The notes beneath the pieces are model-generated. The model was not told the DNA's origin. It made no database searches and saw nothing but the letters and a program-made list of their open reading frames with translations. Made by a program: the position numbers and the translations under genes. Shown here piece after piece: positions 1-10,249 of a DNA stretch of 39,258 nt. The stretch comes from Actinomycetes bacterium. Its GTDB lineage: Bacteria > Actinomycetota > Actinomycetes > S36-B12. The stretch lies in NCBI GenBank assembly GCA_965662415.1, contig CBFIHB010000002.1, forward strand, positions 1 to 39,258. Reading direction: 5' to 3'. Within the stretch, counting starts at the first letter, position 1. Each line of letters starts with the position of its first letter.

Positions 1-986
1 TCAAGACGGGGTATACGACTGACGCTGAAGCGCTGCAGAACCTGTTTGCCAGCACCGAGGATCCGCTGCTCGAACAACTCCTTGCGTGGCGCGATGTCTC
101 CAAGTTGCGTCAAACAGTCGAGGGGCTGCTGCCGCTTGCCGATGATGCCGGCCGCATTCACACCACCTTCAAGCAGACAGCCGCCGCGACGGGGCGCTTG
201 TCCTCCGCTGACCCCAACTTGCAGAACATTCCTATCCGCACTGAAGCAGGCCGCCGTATCCGCGCATGCTTCGTGGTCGGTGACGGTTACGAAACGCTAT
301 TGACCGCCGATTACAGCCAGATCGAGATGCGCATCATGGCCCACGCATCCGACGACGAAGGCCTCATCGAAGCGTTCAGTGAAGGCGAGGACTTGCACAG
401 CACGGTTGCTGCGAAGGTATTCGCAGTCCCCGAGCGCGATGTCGACCCGGAGATGCGGCGACGGATCAAGGCGATGAGCTACGGCCTCGCGTACGGATTG
501 TCGGCCTACGGGCTATCCCAGCAATTGCGGATAACTCCGGGCGAAGCGCAAGGGCTGATGGACGATTACTTCACGCGCTTCGGAGGAGTTCGCGACTACC
601 TTGCCGGGGTAGTCGAGCAGGCACGTCAACGTGGCTACACCGAGACGCTGCTCGGCCGGCGTCGATACCTCCCGGACCTCGGCCACGACAACCGCCAGCG
701 CCGTGAGATGGCCGAGCGGATGGCGCTCAACGCGCCGATCCAGGGCACCGCCGCGGACATCGTCAAGGTAGCCATGCTGGGTGTTCACCGGGCGCTCGTC
801 GATGCGGATCTGGGCAGCCGACTTCTGCTGCAGGTGCATGACGAACTCGTACTCGAGGTTGCCCCCGGTGAACGAGACGTGGTCGAGGAAATCGTGCGTG
901 CCCAGATGGCGGGAGCGGCCGACCTGCGGGTCCCCTTGGAGGTGTCGGTGGGCGTGGGATCGGACTGGCAGACAGCGGGCCACTAG
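1..986 (+). CDS. polA: DNA polymerase I, C-terminal polymerase domain (5' end outside the window)
   Basis: Frame 3 is open from base 3 (KTGYTTDAEALQNLF...) and runs into listed ORF 105..986. Family-A polymerase motifs are present: ADYSQIEMRIMAH (motif A), RRRIKAMSYGLAYGLS (motif B), LLQVHDELVLE (motif C). Stop is TAG at 984-986. Confidence 0.95.
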   Translation, partial: KTGYTTDAEALQNLFASTEDPLLEQLLAWRDVSKLRQTVEGLLPLADDAGRIHTTFKQTAAATGRLSSADPNLQNIPIRTEAGRRIRACFVVGDGYETLLTADYSQIEMRIMAHASDDEGLIEAFSEGEDLHSTVAAKVFAVPERDVDPEMRRRIKAMSYGLAYGLSAYGLSQQLRITPGEAQGLMDDYFTRFGGVRDYLAGVVEQARQRGYTETLLGRRRYLPDLGHDNRQRREMAERMALNAPIQGTAADIVKVAMLGVHRALVDADLGSRLLLQVHDELVLEVAPGERDVVEEIVRAQMAGAADLRVPLEVSVGVGSDWQTAGH

Positions 987-1096
987 GGATGCACACCGGC
1001 GGCCGCCCCGCGCGCCGTGCGACGAGGGGGCTGGCGTAGTCTTGTGTGGCCCAGCGACCGCTGGATTGACCCACGAAGTATCGGATTCCCCACTAC

Positions 1097-2554
1097 ATGA
1101 CCGTTCCTACGACTGACTCCGCTCCCACTCAAGTAGCCGTCAACGACATCGGCTCCGCCGAGGACTTCCTCGCAGCTATCGACGAGACCATCAAGTACTT
1201 CAACGACGGCGACATCGTCGAAGGCACCATCGTCAAGGTCGACCGCGACGAAGTGCTCCTAGACATCGGTTACAAGACCGAGGGTGTGATCCCCTCCCGC
1301 GAGCTATCCATCAAGCACGATGTCGATCCTGGCGAGGTCGTGGGCGTCGGTGATTCGGTCGAGGCCCTGGTTCTCCAGAAGGAGGACAAGGAAGGCCGCC
1401 TGATCTTGTCCAAGAAGCGCGCTCAGTACGAGCGTGCGTGGGGGACCATCGAGAAGGTCAAGGAAGAAGACGGCGTGGTCGAAGGCCAGGTCATCGAGGT
1501 CGTCAAGGGCGGACTGATCCTGGACATCGGCCTGCGTGGCTTCCTGCCTGCCTCCCTCGTCGAGATGCGTCGGGTGCGCGATCTGCAGCCGTACGTCGGC
1601 AAGACCCTCGAAGCCAAGATCATCGAGCTCGACAAGAACCGCAACAACGTCGTTCTATCGCGTCGTGCGTGGCTCGAGCAAACGCAGTCCGAGGTTCGCC
1701 AGACCTTCCTCACCCAGCTGCAAAAGGGCCAGATCCGTTCGGGAGTCGTCTCCAGCATCGTCAATTTCGGCGCCTTCGTCGATCTCGGTGGAGTGGACGG
1801 CCTTGTCCACGTGTCCGAACTGTCCTGGAAGCACATCGATCACCCGTCCGAGGTGGTCGAGGTCGGCCAGGAAGTAACCGTCGAGGTCCTTGACGTCGAC
1901 ATGGACCGCGAGCGTGTCTCGCTGTCTCTCAAGGCCACTCAAGAGGATCCCTGGCAGCACTTCGCGCGTACGCACCAACTCAATCAGGTGGTGCCGGGCA
2001 AGGTGACCAAGCTCGTCCCGTTCGGAGCTTTCGTGCGGGTCGACGAAGGTATCGAAGGCCTCGTGCACATCTCCGAGCTCGCCGAGCGGCACATCGAGTT
2101 GCCCGAACAGATCGTGCAGGTGGGCGATGAACTGTTCGTGAAGGTCATCGACATCGATCTGGAGCGTCGTCGCATCTCGCTATCGCTGAAGCAGGCCAAC
2201 GATTCCGCCGATACCCAGGGTTCGGAGGAGTTCGATCCCTACTTGTACGGCATGGCTCCGGCGTTCGACGAAGCCGGCAATTACATCGGACCGGAGGGCT
2301 TCGATCCCGAGACCGGCGAATGGAAGGCTGGCTTCGAAGATCAGCGCGCAGCCTGGGAGCAGGAGTACGCCGACGCCCACGCCCGCTGGGAGGCCCATCG
2401 CAAGCAGATGGCCGATGCGCAGGAAGCCGATCAGGCTGCTGCCATCGAGTCCGGTGACGCGACGAGCTACTCCTCTGACGCGGGTGAGGATGAAGGTTCA
2501 CTAGCCTCGGATGAGGCCCTGCAGGCGCTACGCGACAAGCTGACCGGCGAATAG
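1097..2554 (+). CDS. rpsA: 30S ribosomal protein S1
   Basis: 485-aa ORF with tandem S1/OB repeats, e.g. GDIVEGTIVKVDRDEVLLDIGYKTEGVIP, GQVIEVVKGGLILDIGLRGFLPAS, GVVSSIVNFGAFVDLGGVDGLVHVSELSW, GKVTKLVPFGAFVRVDEGIEGLVHISEL. Acidic C-terminal tail. No obvious Shine-Dalgarno before ATG 1097. Confidence 0.95.
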   Translation: MTVPTTDSAPTQVAVNDIGSAEDFLAAIDETIKYFNDGDIVEGTIVKVDRDEVLLDIGYKTEGVIPSRELSIKHDVDPGEVVGVGDSVEALVLQKEDKEGRLILSKKRAQYERAWGTIEKVKEEDGVVEGQVIEVVKGGLILDIGLRGFLPASLVEMRRVRDLQPYVGKTLEAKIIELDKNRNNVVLSRRAWLEQTQSEVRQTFLTQLQKGQIRSGVVSSIVNFGAFVDLGGVDGLVHVSELSWKHIDHPSEVVEVGQEVTVEVLDVDMDRERVSLSLKATQEDPWQHFARTHQLNQVVPGKVTKLVPFGAFVRVDEGIEGLVHISELAERHIELPEQIVQVGDELFVKVIDIDLERRRISLSLKQANDSADTQGSEEFDPYLYGMAPAFDEAGNYIGPEGFDPETGEWKAGFEDQRAAWEQEYADAHARWEAHRKQMADAQEADQAAAIESGDATSYSSDAGEDEGSLASDEALQALRDKLTGE

Positions 2555-2562
2555 TCGCCTCG

Positions 2563-3150
2563 GTGCGCGTTGGGCTGACAGGGGGAATCGGCTCGGGGAA
2601 GTCCACCGTGGCGGGCCTGCTGGCCGATCACGGCGCGATCGTTGTCGATGCCGACACCATCGCTCGTCGCATCGTCGAACCGGGATCGCCCGTACTTGCT
2701 CGCCTCGCGGATGAGTTCGGCGCAGATATCGTCGACGACGACGGCACCCTCAAGCGCGCCCTGCTCGCGGAACGTGCTTTCGCTAGCGACCGTGCGACTC
2801 GCCATCTCAACGAGATCACCCACCCGGCGATACGCGAGCAGGCCGAGGTTGAACTCGCGGAGGCGGAAGCGCACGCCAGTGTCGTTGTGTACGAGATGCC
2901 ACTGCTGGTCGAGACTGGACAAGTGTCCTTAGTAGATGCAGTAGTCGTCGTGGATGTGCACCCCGATACCCAGATGGAGCGAGCTGTAGCCCGTGGTGTG
3001 GCAGCGGATGATGTGCGAGCGCGCATGGCGCAGCAGGCCAGTAGGGAGCAACGGCTAGCCGCCGCCGACCACGTGATCGACAATTCCGGCGATCTTGCAT
3101 CGACCGTTGAGCAGGTGGGACGTATCTGGCGGATACTGGAGTCGCAATGA
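2563..3150 (+). CDS. coaE: dephospho-CoA kinase
   Basis: GTG start with an N-terminal P-loop, [12 protein letters not shown]. At 195 aa it is the kinase domain only. The stop overlaps the uvrB start (ATGA at 3147-3150). Confidence 0.9.
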   Translation: MRVGLTGGIGSGKSTVAGLLADHGAIVVDADTIARRIVEPGSPVLARLADEFGADIVDDDGTLKRALLAERAFASDRATRHLNEITHPAIREQAEVELAEAEAHASVVVYEMPLLVETGQVSLVDAVVVVDVHPDTQMERAVARGVAADDVRARMAQQASREQRLAAADHVIDNSGDLASTVEQVGRIWRILESQ

Positions 3151-5213
3151 CGCGCCCGGTAACCGACCTGCAAAGAACAGTTGCGCCCTTCGAGGTCATC
3201 TCGGAGTATCAGCCGGCTGGTGATCAGCCCGAGGCGATCAAGGAGTTAGCGCGGCGTATCGACGCCGGTGAGGGCAATGTTGTGCTGCTTGGTGCGACCG
3301 GCACAGGCAAGTCGGCCACAACCGCCTGGTTGGTCGAACGGCTGCAGCGCCCAACTTTGGTGATGGCACCGAACAAGACTCTCGCGGCGCAACTCGCTAC
3401 CGAGTTTCGCGAGTTACTGCCGAACAATGCGATCGAATACTTCGTCTCCTACTACGACTACTACCAGCCTGAGGCGTATGTACCGCAAACCGACACCTAC
3501 ATCGAGAAGGACTCCTCGATTAACGAGGAAGTCGAGCGATTGCGTCACTCGGCTACCAACTCTCTCCTTACCCGGCGAGATGTCCTCGTCGTTGCGTCGG
3601 TCTCGGCGATCTACGGCCTGGGCACACCGCAGGAGTATGTCGATCGGATGGTGCGTCTGCGCGTGGGGGAGGAGTGGGAGCGTGATGCCCTGCTGCGAAG
3701 GCTCGTCGATATTCAGTACACACGAAACGACATCTCCTTCGAGCGTGGGACCTTCCGGGTTCGTGGTGACACCGTGGAGGTGTTCCCGGTGTACGAGGAA
3801 TATCCCGTTCGGATCGAGATGTTCGGCGACGAAATTGAACGCCTGATGACCTTGCATCCGGTCACGGGGGAGATCATCACCGAGGACGACGAGATCTACG
3901 TCTTCCCAGCATCCCACTACGTGGCCGGGCCCGAGCGCATGGAACGAGCCATTGCGGGAATCGAGGCCGAGCTGATCGAGCGTCTGGACGAACTGGAATC
4001 CCAAGGCAAGCAGCTCGAAGCGCAACGACTTCGCATGCGGACGAGCTACGACATCGAGATGATGCGCCAGGTTGGCACCTGCTCGGGAATCGAGAACTAT
4101 TCCCGGCATATCGATGGACGTCCGCCCGGATCAGCGCCTAACTGCCTACTGGACTACTTCCCAGAAGACTTCCTGCTGGTGATCGACGAATCCCATGTCA
4201 CGGTGCCGCAGATCGGTGCGATGTACGAGGGCGATACGTCGCGTAAGCGCACGCTCGTGGAGCACGGTTTTCGCCTGCCTTCGGCGCTGGATAACCGCCC
4301 ATTGACATGGCAGGAATTCGTCGAGCGCATCGGGCAGACCGTGTACCTCTCGGCCACCCCGGGGCCCTACGAACTTGGTCAGGTGGAAGGCGATGTTGTC
4401 GAACAGGTGATTCGACCCACCGGATTGGTCGATCCGGAAGTGGTCGTCAAGCCAACTGAGGGCCAGATCGATGATCTGATGCACGAGGTGCGATCCCGCG
4501 CCGAACGCGGTGAGCGGTCCCTGGTTACGACTCTCACTAAGCGCATGGCCGAAGACCTGACCGATTACTTGGCCGAGAACGGCATCCGAGTGCAGTACCT
4601 CCACTCTGAGGTAGACACCCTGCGCCGCGTGGAGCTGCTGCGAGAGCTGCGCGCAGGAGTGTTCGACGTCCTGGTTGGTATCAACCTGCTGCGCGAGGGG
4701 CTCGATCTTCCCGAAGTTTCGCTGGTCGCGATCTTGGATGCCGACAAGGAAGGCTTCCTTCGCTCGGAAACGTCGCTGATCCAGACGATCGGCAGGGCGG
4801 CTCGCAATGTCTCCGGCCAAGTGCACATGTACGCGGACACCGTCACCCCTTCGATGCGCCAGGCAATCGATGAGACGAATCGTCGTCGCGAAAAGCAGAT
4901 CGCCTTCAACGAAGCGAACGGGATCGATCCCCAGCCGCTGCGCAAGCGGATCGCGGATATCACCGATCTGCTGGTGCGCGAAGAGGCAGACACCGCCGCG
5001 CTCATCGGTCAGAGTGGGGGGACGTCCACGCCGATGCCCGCGCGCCGTAGTGCATCGATGGCGGAAGGTGAGCTCGTAGCCTTGATCGAACAACTCACCG
5101 CCCAGATGCAGCAGGCGGCCGCCGATCTTCAATTCGAATTGGCCGCCCGGTTGCGCGATGAAGTCTCAGACCTGAAGTCCGAGTTGCGCGGCATGCGCGA
5201 GGCAACCGGCTAG
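3147..5213 (+). CDS. uvrB: excinuclease ABC subunit B
   Basis: 688 aa. Walker A is GATGTGKS, the DExH-like box is [11 protein letters not shown], the helicase C-terminal region reads [30 protein letters not shown], and the C-terminal UVR motif is [13 protein letters not shown]. Confidence 0.97.
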   Translation: MTRPVTDLQRTVAPFEVISEYQPAGDQPEAIKELARRIDAGEGNVVLLGATGTGKSATTAWLVERLQRPTLVMAPNKTLAAQLATEFRELLPNNAIEYFVSYYDYYQPEAYVPQTDTYIEKDSSINEEVERLRHSATNSLLTRRDVLVVASVSAIYGLGTPQEYVDRMVRLRVGEEWERDALLRRLVDIQYTRNDISFERGTFRVRGDTVEVFPVYEEYPVRIEMFGDEIERLMTLHPVTGEIITEDDEIYVFPASHYVAGPERMERAIAGIEAELIERLDELESQGKQLEAQRLRMRTSYDIEMMRQVGTCSGIENYSRHIDGRPPGSAPNCLLDYFPEDFLLVIDESHVTVPQIGAMYEGDTSRKRTLVEHGFRLPSALDNRPLTWQEFVERIGQTVYLSATPGPYELGQVEGDVVEQVIRPTGLVDPEVVVKPTEGQIDDLMHEVRSRAERGERSLVTTLTKRMAEDLTDYLAENGIRVQYLHSEVDTLRRVELLRELRAGVFDVLVGINLLREGLDLPEVSLVAILDADKEGFLRSETSLIQTIGRAARNVSGQVHMYADTVTPSMRQAIDETNRRREKQIAFNEANGIDPQPLRKRIADITDLLVREEADTAALIGQSGGTSTPMPARRSASMAEGELVALIEQLTAQMQQAAADLQFELAARLRDEVSDLKSELRGMREATG

Positions 5214-6124
5214 CTGCCTGGGCCCTGCGCTGCTACCGGTGTACTTGTCGAGGTTTGCTCAGGCAGCGTGCTTGGAGTTCTCGGCTTCACGACCCCCGCA
5301 TCGGCGAGTTCTTGCCGCAGGGCAACTATCTCCGAGGTGAGTTGCTGGATTTGTACGCGCACTTCGTCCTGACCCTTTTCCTGCTTGCCACTCAGGCGGC
5401 TCACCACCGCCGAGGCGACCGAGGCACCAACGAGGCCGAGTAGCGATATCCCCACGACCATTACGCCCACCGCGATGATGCGGCCGTTGGTGGTGACCGG
5501 CACGAAGTCCCCGTAGCCGACGGTCGCCATCGTGACCAGTGCCCACCAAACGGCTTCGCCAAAGGTCTCGATGCTTGCACCCTTGGCGCCCCGCTCGGCG
5601 TTCAACACGGCGAGCGCACTGAGGTAGGTAAGGAAGATGACGGCGAGGACTACCGCTGTTGCGGTGCGCCCGATCTTCAGTCGACTACCGCGACTGATCA
5701 ACCACTGACCGGCAGTGAGGACCCGCAGGACGCGTAGCACCCGGAAAGCCGGCACAGCTACAGCCAGGACGTCGATCGGGTGTCGCACCAGGTAAGCGAC
5801 GTGCTTGGGCGCGAGGATCGTGCGGATCGTGAGATCCGCGATGAAGATGACCCAGATGACGTCCATGGCGATGTTCAACTGAGCGCGGTCGCCGGCGGTT
5901 AGGTCCAGGTCGAGTACGTAGAACGAGTAGAGAACCAGGTAGCCCAACGCCAGGATCACCATCACCAAGGCGGTGCGATTTTCGTATACCTGCAGTCTTT
6001 CTGCGGCGCGCACCTGTCGGGCGTTCGACGGATCGGGGTTTTGGTCGGTTAGTTGGTGCCAGATGCGATCGCCCTTGGTGTCATCGGAATCCGACTCTTT
6101 GGTCTGCGGTGTGGCGGGTTCCAT
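5210..6124 (-). CDS. voltage-gated (6-TM, Kv-type) potassium channel
   Basis: K+ selectivity filter [10 protein letters not shown]4-like segment with Arg at every third residue ([27 protein letters not shown]). Six predicted hydrophobic helices and a C-terminal heptad-like stretch ([20 protein letters not shown]). The start is ambiguous. ATG 6124 (MEPATPQ...) lies 5 nt after the upstream MBL stop, whereas the ORF-track start 6151 would overlap that gene by 22 nt. The stop shares the CTAG at 5210-5213 with the uvrB stop. Confidence 0.8.
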   Translation of the reverse strand: MEPATPQTKESDSDDTKGDRIWHQLTDQNPDPSNARQVRAAERLQVYENRTALVMVILALGYLVLYSFYVLDLDLTAGDRAQLNIAMDVIWVIFIADLTIRTILAPKHVAYLVRHPIDVLAVAVPAFRVLRVLRVLTAGQWLISRGSRLKIGRTATAVVLAVIFLTYLSALAVLNAERGAKGASIETFGEAVWWALVTMATVGYGDFVPVTTNGRIIAVGVMVVGISLLGLVGASVASAVVSRLSGKQEKGQDEVRVQIQQLTSEIVALRQELADAGVVKPRTPSTLPEQTSTSTPVAAQGPGS

Positions 6125-6129
6125 AGCTC

Positions 6130-6789
6130 TCACCAGCCCCGCTCGCGCCATTCGGCGAGGTGAGGGCGTTCATCGCCGAGGATGGTGTCGTTGCCGTGAC
6201 CTGGGTAGATCCAGGTTTCGTCGTCGTAGTGGTCGAAGATCTTCGTGACAACACCGTTGTACAGGGAATCGAAATCGGCATCGGACCAAGTGCGGCCCAC
6301 TCCGCCAGGGAAAAGGCAATCTCCAGTGAACATGTGCCGGTGACCTGCAGGATCGTCGTAGACGAGTACGAGTGAGCCCGGTGTGTGCCCCTCGAGGTGG
6401 ATGGTCGCAAGAGCGAAGTGACCGACGGTGATCACGTCGCCTTCATGGACCCGATGTTGGATCGGTACATCGATCGCGTCGGCGTCGGCCTGGTGCGCGT
6501 AGACCGGCGCACCGGTAGCTTCGGCGATGGTCGCGAGCGCTCCCCAATGGTCGTGGTGACGGTGGGTGGTGATGATCGCAGAGAGGCCGTCGGCACCGAT
6601 GAGATCAAGCAGTCGCTGGGGCTCTGCCGCCGCGTCGATCAACATTTGGGCACCGGTGTGGGCGCAGCGGAGCAGATAGGCGTTGTTGTCCATCTCGCCA
6701 ACGGCGAGCTTGCTGATGGTCAGGTCCGGCAGTTCGCGGACCTCGGCGGGACCGCCTACGCTGACGTGTCCGGTGTACACACCCGGCAC
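6130..6789 (-). CDS. MBL-fold metallo-hydrolase (glyoxalase-II-like)
   Basis: HxHxDH motif in TTHRHHDHWG, with downstream metal ligands (LEGHTPGS, FTGDCLF, YPGHG). GTG start at 6789. Divergent from uvrA, as with the MBL-fold gene beside uvrA in mycobacteria (from memory). Confidence 0.85.
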   Translation of the reverse strand: MPGVYTGHVSVGGPAEVRELPDLTISKLAVGEMDNNAYLLRCAHTGAQMLIDAAAEPQRLLDLIGADGLSAIITTHRHHDHWGALATIAEATGAPVYAHQADADAIDVPIQHRVHEGDVITVGHFALATIHLEGHTPGSLVLVYDDPAGHRHMFTGDCLFPGGVGRTWSDADFDSLYNGVVTKIFDHYDDETWIYPGHGNDTILGDERPHLAEWRERGW

Positions 6790-6854
6790 GATAGCGACGC
6801 CGCCCTGGGATCTGGGTAATCAGCCCTCGGGTCGGGGTCGAGGAAGGGGCAGCC

Positions 6855-9746
6855 GTGGTCGGCGATCACTTGATCGTCCGTGGCGCGCGCGAGCACAATC
6901 TCAAGGACGTCTCGATCGATGTTCCGCGCGATGCCCTCATCGTGGTCACCGGGCTGTCCGGATCCGGCAAATCCTCCCTCGCCTTCGACACCATCTTCGC
7001 CGAAGGTCAAAGGCGATACGTGGAGAGCCTGTCCGCCTATGCGCGGCAGTTCCTTGGGCAGATGGACAAGCCCGATGTCGATTTCATCGAGGGGTTGTCT
7101 CCCGCGGTGTCCATCGATCAGAAGTCGACCTCCCGCAATCCGCGGTCGACGGTGGGCACGATCACCGAGGTCTACGACTATCTGAGGCTGCTCTACGCGC
7201 GCATCGGTAAGCCGCACTGTCCAGTTTGCGGGGATCCGATCAGTAGGCAAACGCCCCAGCAGATCGTCGATCAGGTGCTGGAGTTGCCCGCCAAGACGAA
7301 ATTCCAAGTACTCGCTCCGCTGGTGCGTGAGCGTAAGGGTGAGTACGCCGAGCTGTTCCGGCAGCTGCAAACCCAGGGCTATTCGCGGGTGCGAGTGGAC
7401 GGTGTGGTCTATGGCCTCGAGGATGCACCCCGCTTGAAGAAGCAGGAGAAGCACACTGTCGAAGTAGTCGTCGACCGGCTCACCGTGAATCCGGAATCCA
7501 GGCGGCGGCTAACCGACAGCATCGAGACCGCTCTCGGGCTCGGACACGGCTATGTTTCCTTGGACTTCGTCGACCTCGATGAGAGTGATCCTGAACGCGA
7601 ACGGATCTACTCCGAGCACTTGGCTTGTCCTCGGGACGGTCTTTCCTTCGAAGAGCTTGAGCCGCGATCCTTTTCGTTCAACTCCCCGTTCGGCGCCTGC
7701 CCGGAGTGCTCCGGGCTCGGCACAACACGCGAGGTAGATGTCGATCTCGTGGTTCCCGATCCCGATTTGTCCTTGGCTGAGGGCGCGATCGCGCCGTGGT
7801 CTCGCGGGAGTGTCTCGGGCTACTTCCATCGATTGCTCGAGGCGATCGCCGAGGAACTCGATATCGATGTCGAGACACCGTGGAAGAAGATCCCGGCGAA
7901 GGCCCGCAAGGTGATCATGGGCGGCTACGCCGAGCCGATCCACGTGCAGTACCGCAACCGTTACGGCAGAAGGCGCTCGTATTACACCGAGTACGAAGGC
8001 GTGGTGCCGTATGTGAAGCGACGTCACGCGGAGGCCGAGACCGATGCTTCCCGAGAGCGCTTCGAGGGATACATGCGTGAGGTGCCCTGCAGCGCCTGCG
8101 CGGGCACGCGGCTGAAGCCTCTATCACTTGCGGTGACCATTGCCGGCAGGTCCATCGCCGATATCGCTGCCCTGCCGATAGGTGAGGCCGCTGAGGTTCT
8201 GCGCGAGCTGACGCTGTCCGATCGCGATGCCGCCATCGCGTCGCGAGTGCTCAAGGAAGTCAATGAGCGCCTGCAGTTCCTCGTCGATGTCGGACTGCAT
8301 TACCTGTCGATGGACCGTGCAGCCGGCACCCTGGCCGGTGGAGAGGCCCAGCGCATCAGGCTGGCGACCCAAATCGGCTCCGGCTTGGTCGGGGTGCTGT
8401 ACGTCCTGGACGAACCGAGCATCGGACTGCATCAGCGCGACAACCACCGGCTCATCGAGACACTCGTGCGCCTGCGGGATCTGGGCAACACGTTGATCGT
8501 CGTCGAACATGACGAGGACACGATCCGAACCGCGGATTGGGTGGTGGACATCGGTCCTGGCGCGGGGGAGCACGGTGGTCAGATCGTGGTCAACGGGCCG
8601 GTGAGCGAACTTCTCGCCTCCACCGAATCGTTGACCGGCCAATACCTTTCGGGGGCCCGAGCTATCGAGGTTCCGCCGACTCGGCGTGGCCAGGAGCGTG
8701 GATGGGTGACGGTCAGCGGAGCGCGTGAACACAACCTGCGCAACGTGACTGCGAAGTTCCCGCTCGGGAACTTCGTATGCGTGACGGGGGTGAGCGGCTC
8801 GGGCAAGTCCACCTTGGTCAACGACATCCTCTACGCCGTCCTCGCACGGGACCTCAACGGAGCGCGCGTGGTGCCGGGCAAGCACACCAAGGTCACCGGT
8901 ACCGAGGAAATCGACAAGGTGGTCCACGTCGATCAAAGCCCGATTGGACGGACGCCACGCAGCAATCCGGCGACCTACACCGGAGTCTTCGATCACATCC
9001 GCAAGCTCTTCGCTGCTACCCCCGAGGCGAAGGTGCGCGGCTATCAGCCCGGACGCTTCTCCTTCAACGTCAAGGGCGGTCGATGCGAGGCCTGCAGCGG
9101 TGACGGCACCATCAAGATCGAGATGAACTTCCTGCCGGATGTCTACGTGCCGTGCGAGGTGTGCCACGGCGCGCGCTATAACCGCGAAACACTGGAAGTC
9201 CACTTCAAGGGCAAGACCATCGCCGAGGTCCTGGACATGCCCATCGAGGAGGCTCTGGAGTTCTTCGAGGCGGTACCGGCGATCGCGCGGCACCTGTCGA
9301 CCTTGGTGGATGTGGGGCTCGGATACGTGCGGATGGGGCAATCAGCGCCCACTCTCTCCGGTGGCGAGGCCCAGCGCGTGAAACTTGCCAGCGAACTGCA
9401 AAAGCGATCGACCGGTCGCACTGTCTACGTCCTCGACGAGCCCACGACCGGGCTGCACTTCGAGGACATCCGCAAACTACTCGGCGTCCTGCAATCGCTC
9501 GTGGACAAGGGCAACACGGTTATCGTCATCGAGCACAACTTGGACGTCGTCAAATCGGCGGACTACGTGATCGACCTCGGCCCCGAGGGCGGATCCGGCG
9601 GCGGCACGGTGGTTGCCGTGGGTGCGCCCGAGGAGGTGGCCGCGGTCGCGGGCAGCCACACCGGATCCTTCCTGGCACCTCTGCTGCCCTCCGGTCCGAA
9701 GGGCAAGGCGCGGTCGGGCCGTGGGCGCCGATCTGACGTACGCTAA
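6855..9746 (+). CDS. uvrA: excinuclease ABC subunit A
   Basis: 963 aa. GTG start preceded by GAGGAAGGGG. N terminus reads [12 protein letters not shown]. Two ABC modules: Walker [10 protein letters not shown] and GVSGSGKST, signatures LAGGEAQRI and LSGGEAQRV. Zinc-finger Cys pairs CPVCG, CPECSG, CEACSG, CEVCHG. Confidence 0.97.
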   Translation: MVGDHLIVRGAREHNLKDVSIDVPRDALIVVTGLSGSGKSSLAFDTIFAEGQRRYVESLSAYARQFLGQMDKPDVDFIEGLSPAVSIDQKSTSRNPRSTVGTITEVYDYLRLLYARIGKPHCPVCGDPISRQTPQQIVDQVLELPAKTKFQVLAPLVRERKGEYAELFRQLQTQGYSRVRVDGVVYGLEDAPRLKKQEKHTVEVVVDRLTVNPESRRRLTDSIETALGLGHGYVSLDFVDLDESDPERERIYSEHLACPRDGLSFEELEPRSFSFNSPFGACPECSGLGTTREVDVDLVVPDPDLSLAEGAIAPWSRGSVSGYFHRLLEAIAEELDIDVETPWKKIPAKARKVIMGGYAEPIHVQYRNRYGRRRSYYTEYEGVVPYVKRRHAEAETDASRERFEGYMREVPCSACAGTRLKPLSLAVTIAGRSIADIAALPIGEAAEVLRELTLSDRDAAIASRVLKEVNERLQFLVDVGLHYLSMDRAAGTLAGGEAQRIRLATQIGSGLVGVLYVLDEPSIGLHQRDNHRLIETLVRLRDLGNTLIVVEHDEDTIRTADWVVDIGPGAGEHGGQIVVNGPVSELLASTESLTGQYLSGARAIEVPPTRRGQERGWVTVSGAREHNLRNVTAKFPLGNFVCVTGVSGSGKSTLVNDILYAVLARDLNGARVVPGKHTKVTGTEEIDKVVHVDQSPIGRTPRSNPATYTGVFDHIRKLFAATPEAKVRGYQPGRFSFNVKGGRCEACSGDGTIKIEMNFLPDVYVPCEVCHGARYNRETLEVHFKGKTIAEVLDMPIEEALEFFEAVPAIARHLSTLVDVGLGYVRMGQSAPTLSGGEAQRVKLASELQKRSTGRTVYVLDEPTTGLHFEDIRKLLGVLQSLVDKGNTVIVIEHNLDVVKSADYVIDLGPEGGSGGGTVVAVGAPEEVAAVAGSHTGSFLAPLLPSGPKGKARSGRGRRSDVR

Positions 9747-9750
9747 ATGC

Positions 9751-10239
9751 ATGGCCAAGGTTGTTGGACGCAGACAAGTCATCGCCGGAGGCGGCTTAGT
9801 CGCGGTTGGGGGAGTCCTGGTCGCCTGTGGGGGCGGGGGAACCGCCACCGAGGAAACTGCGGCGCCGGCTCCGAGCGAACCCGCGGAGACCACCGCCGAG
9901 GAGGCCGAGGCGGCGGAGGAAGTAGCCGAGGAGGAAGTCGCGGAAGATCAGGGCGACGCCCTCGTTGCCGTAGGTGACGTCCCGGTCGAGGGCGGCGTCG
10001 TCATCCCCGATCCAGCCGTGGTGGTGGTACAGCCGGCGGCTGGAGACATCAAGGCCTTCAGTGCGGTCTGTCCGCATCAGGGTTGTCTGATGTCCTCTGT
10101 CGAGGCCAACGAGATCATCTGCCCGTGCCACGGATCGCTGTTCTCTTCGCAGGACGGTGCTGTCCTGCAGGGCCCTGCCACCGAGGGTCTGCCACCCGTC
10201 GACGTCCGTGTCGAGGGGGACTCGGTCATCTTGGGCTGA
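9751..10239 (+). CDS. Tat-signal lipoprotein with Rieske [2Fe-2S] domain
   Basis: The start was moved to ATG 9751, because the track ORF begins inside uvrA. N terminus [28 protein letters not shown] carries a twin-arginine motif, an h-region and an LVAC lipobox. An acidic Ala/Glu linker follows. Rieske ligands are CPHQGC...CPCHGSLF. Confidence 0.8.
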   Translation: MAKVVGRRQVIAGGGLVAVGGVLVACGGGGTATEETAAPAPSEPAETTAEEAEAAEEVAEEEVAEDQGDALVAVGDVPVEGGVVIPDPAVVVVQPAAGDIKAFSAVCPHQGCLMSSVEANEIICPCHGSLFSSQDGAVLQGPATEGLPPVDVRVEGDSVILG

Positions 10240-10249
10240 TCGGCCGAAA

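Noticed and set aside
1066-1071. TTGACC in the polA-rpsA spacer as a -35 element for rpsA
   Set aside because: No TANNNT hexamer lies 16-19 nt downstream; the candidates are TATCGG at 7 nt and CACTAC at 19 nt. I cannot support a promoter call. The rpsA promoter may lie within the polA 3' end.
4146-5132. 328-aa antisense ORF inside uvrB. The same applies to 3414-4109 (also in uvrB), 8124-9341 and 6756-7454 in uvrA, 13571-14368 across yvcK/whiA, 12149-12772 in rapZ, 29501-30232 in sufB, 32007-32663 in sufC and 34181-34867 in sufU/sufT
   Set aside because: These ORFs are fully nested antisense to strongly conserved genes, rich in Arg/Pro/Gly/Ala/His and without recognisable motifs. Stop codons are rare on the antisense strand of high-GC coding DNA, so such ORFs are expected artefacts.
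6767-6775. TGTCCGGTG about 80 bp upstream of uvrA, resembling the mycobacterial RecA-independent (PafBC) DNA-damage promoter motif TGTCRGTG-N8-TANNNT
   Set aside because: It has an extra base relative to the motif, and the sequence at the required spacing (cggcac) is not TANNNT. It also lies inside the MBL-hydrolase coding region. By eye I found no LexA/Cheo-type GAAC-N4-GTTC box upstream of uvrA, uvrB or uvrC either. A position-weight-matrix scan would be the decisive check.
9916-9945. Imperfect 15-bp duplication (gaggaagtagccgag / gaggaagtcgcggaa) in the Rieske lipoprotein gene
   Set aside because: Identity is 12 of 15 within a low-complexity Glu/Ala linker ([10 protein letters not shown]). 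This is ordinary compositional repetition rather than a distinct element.
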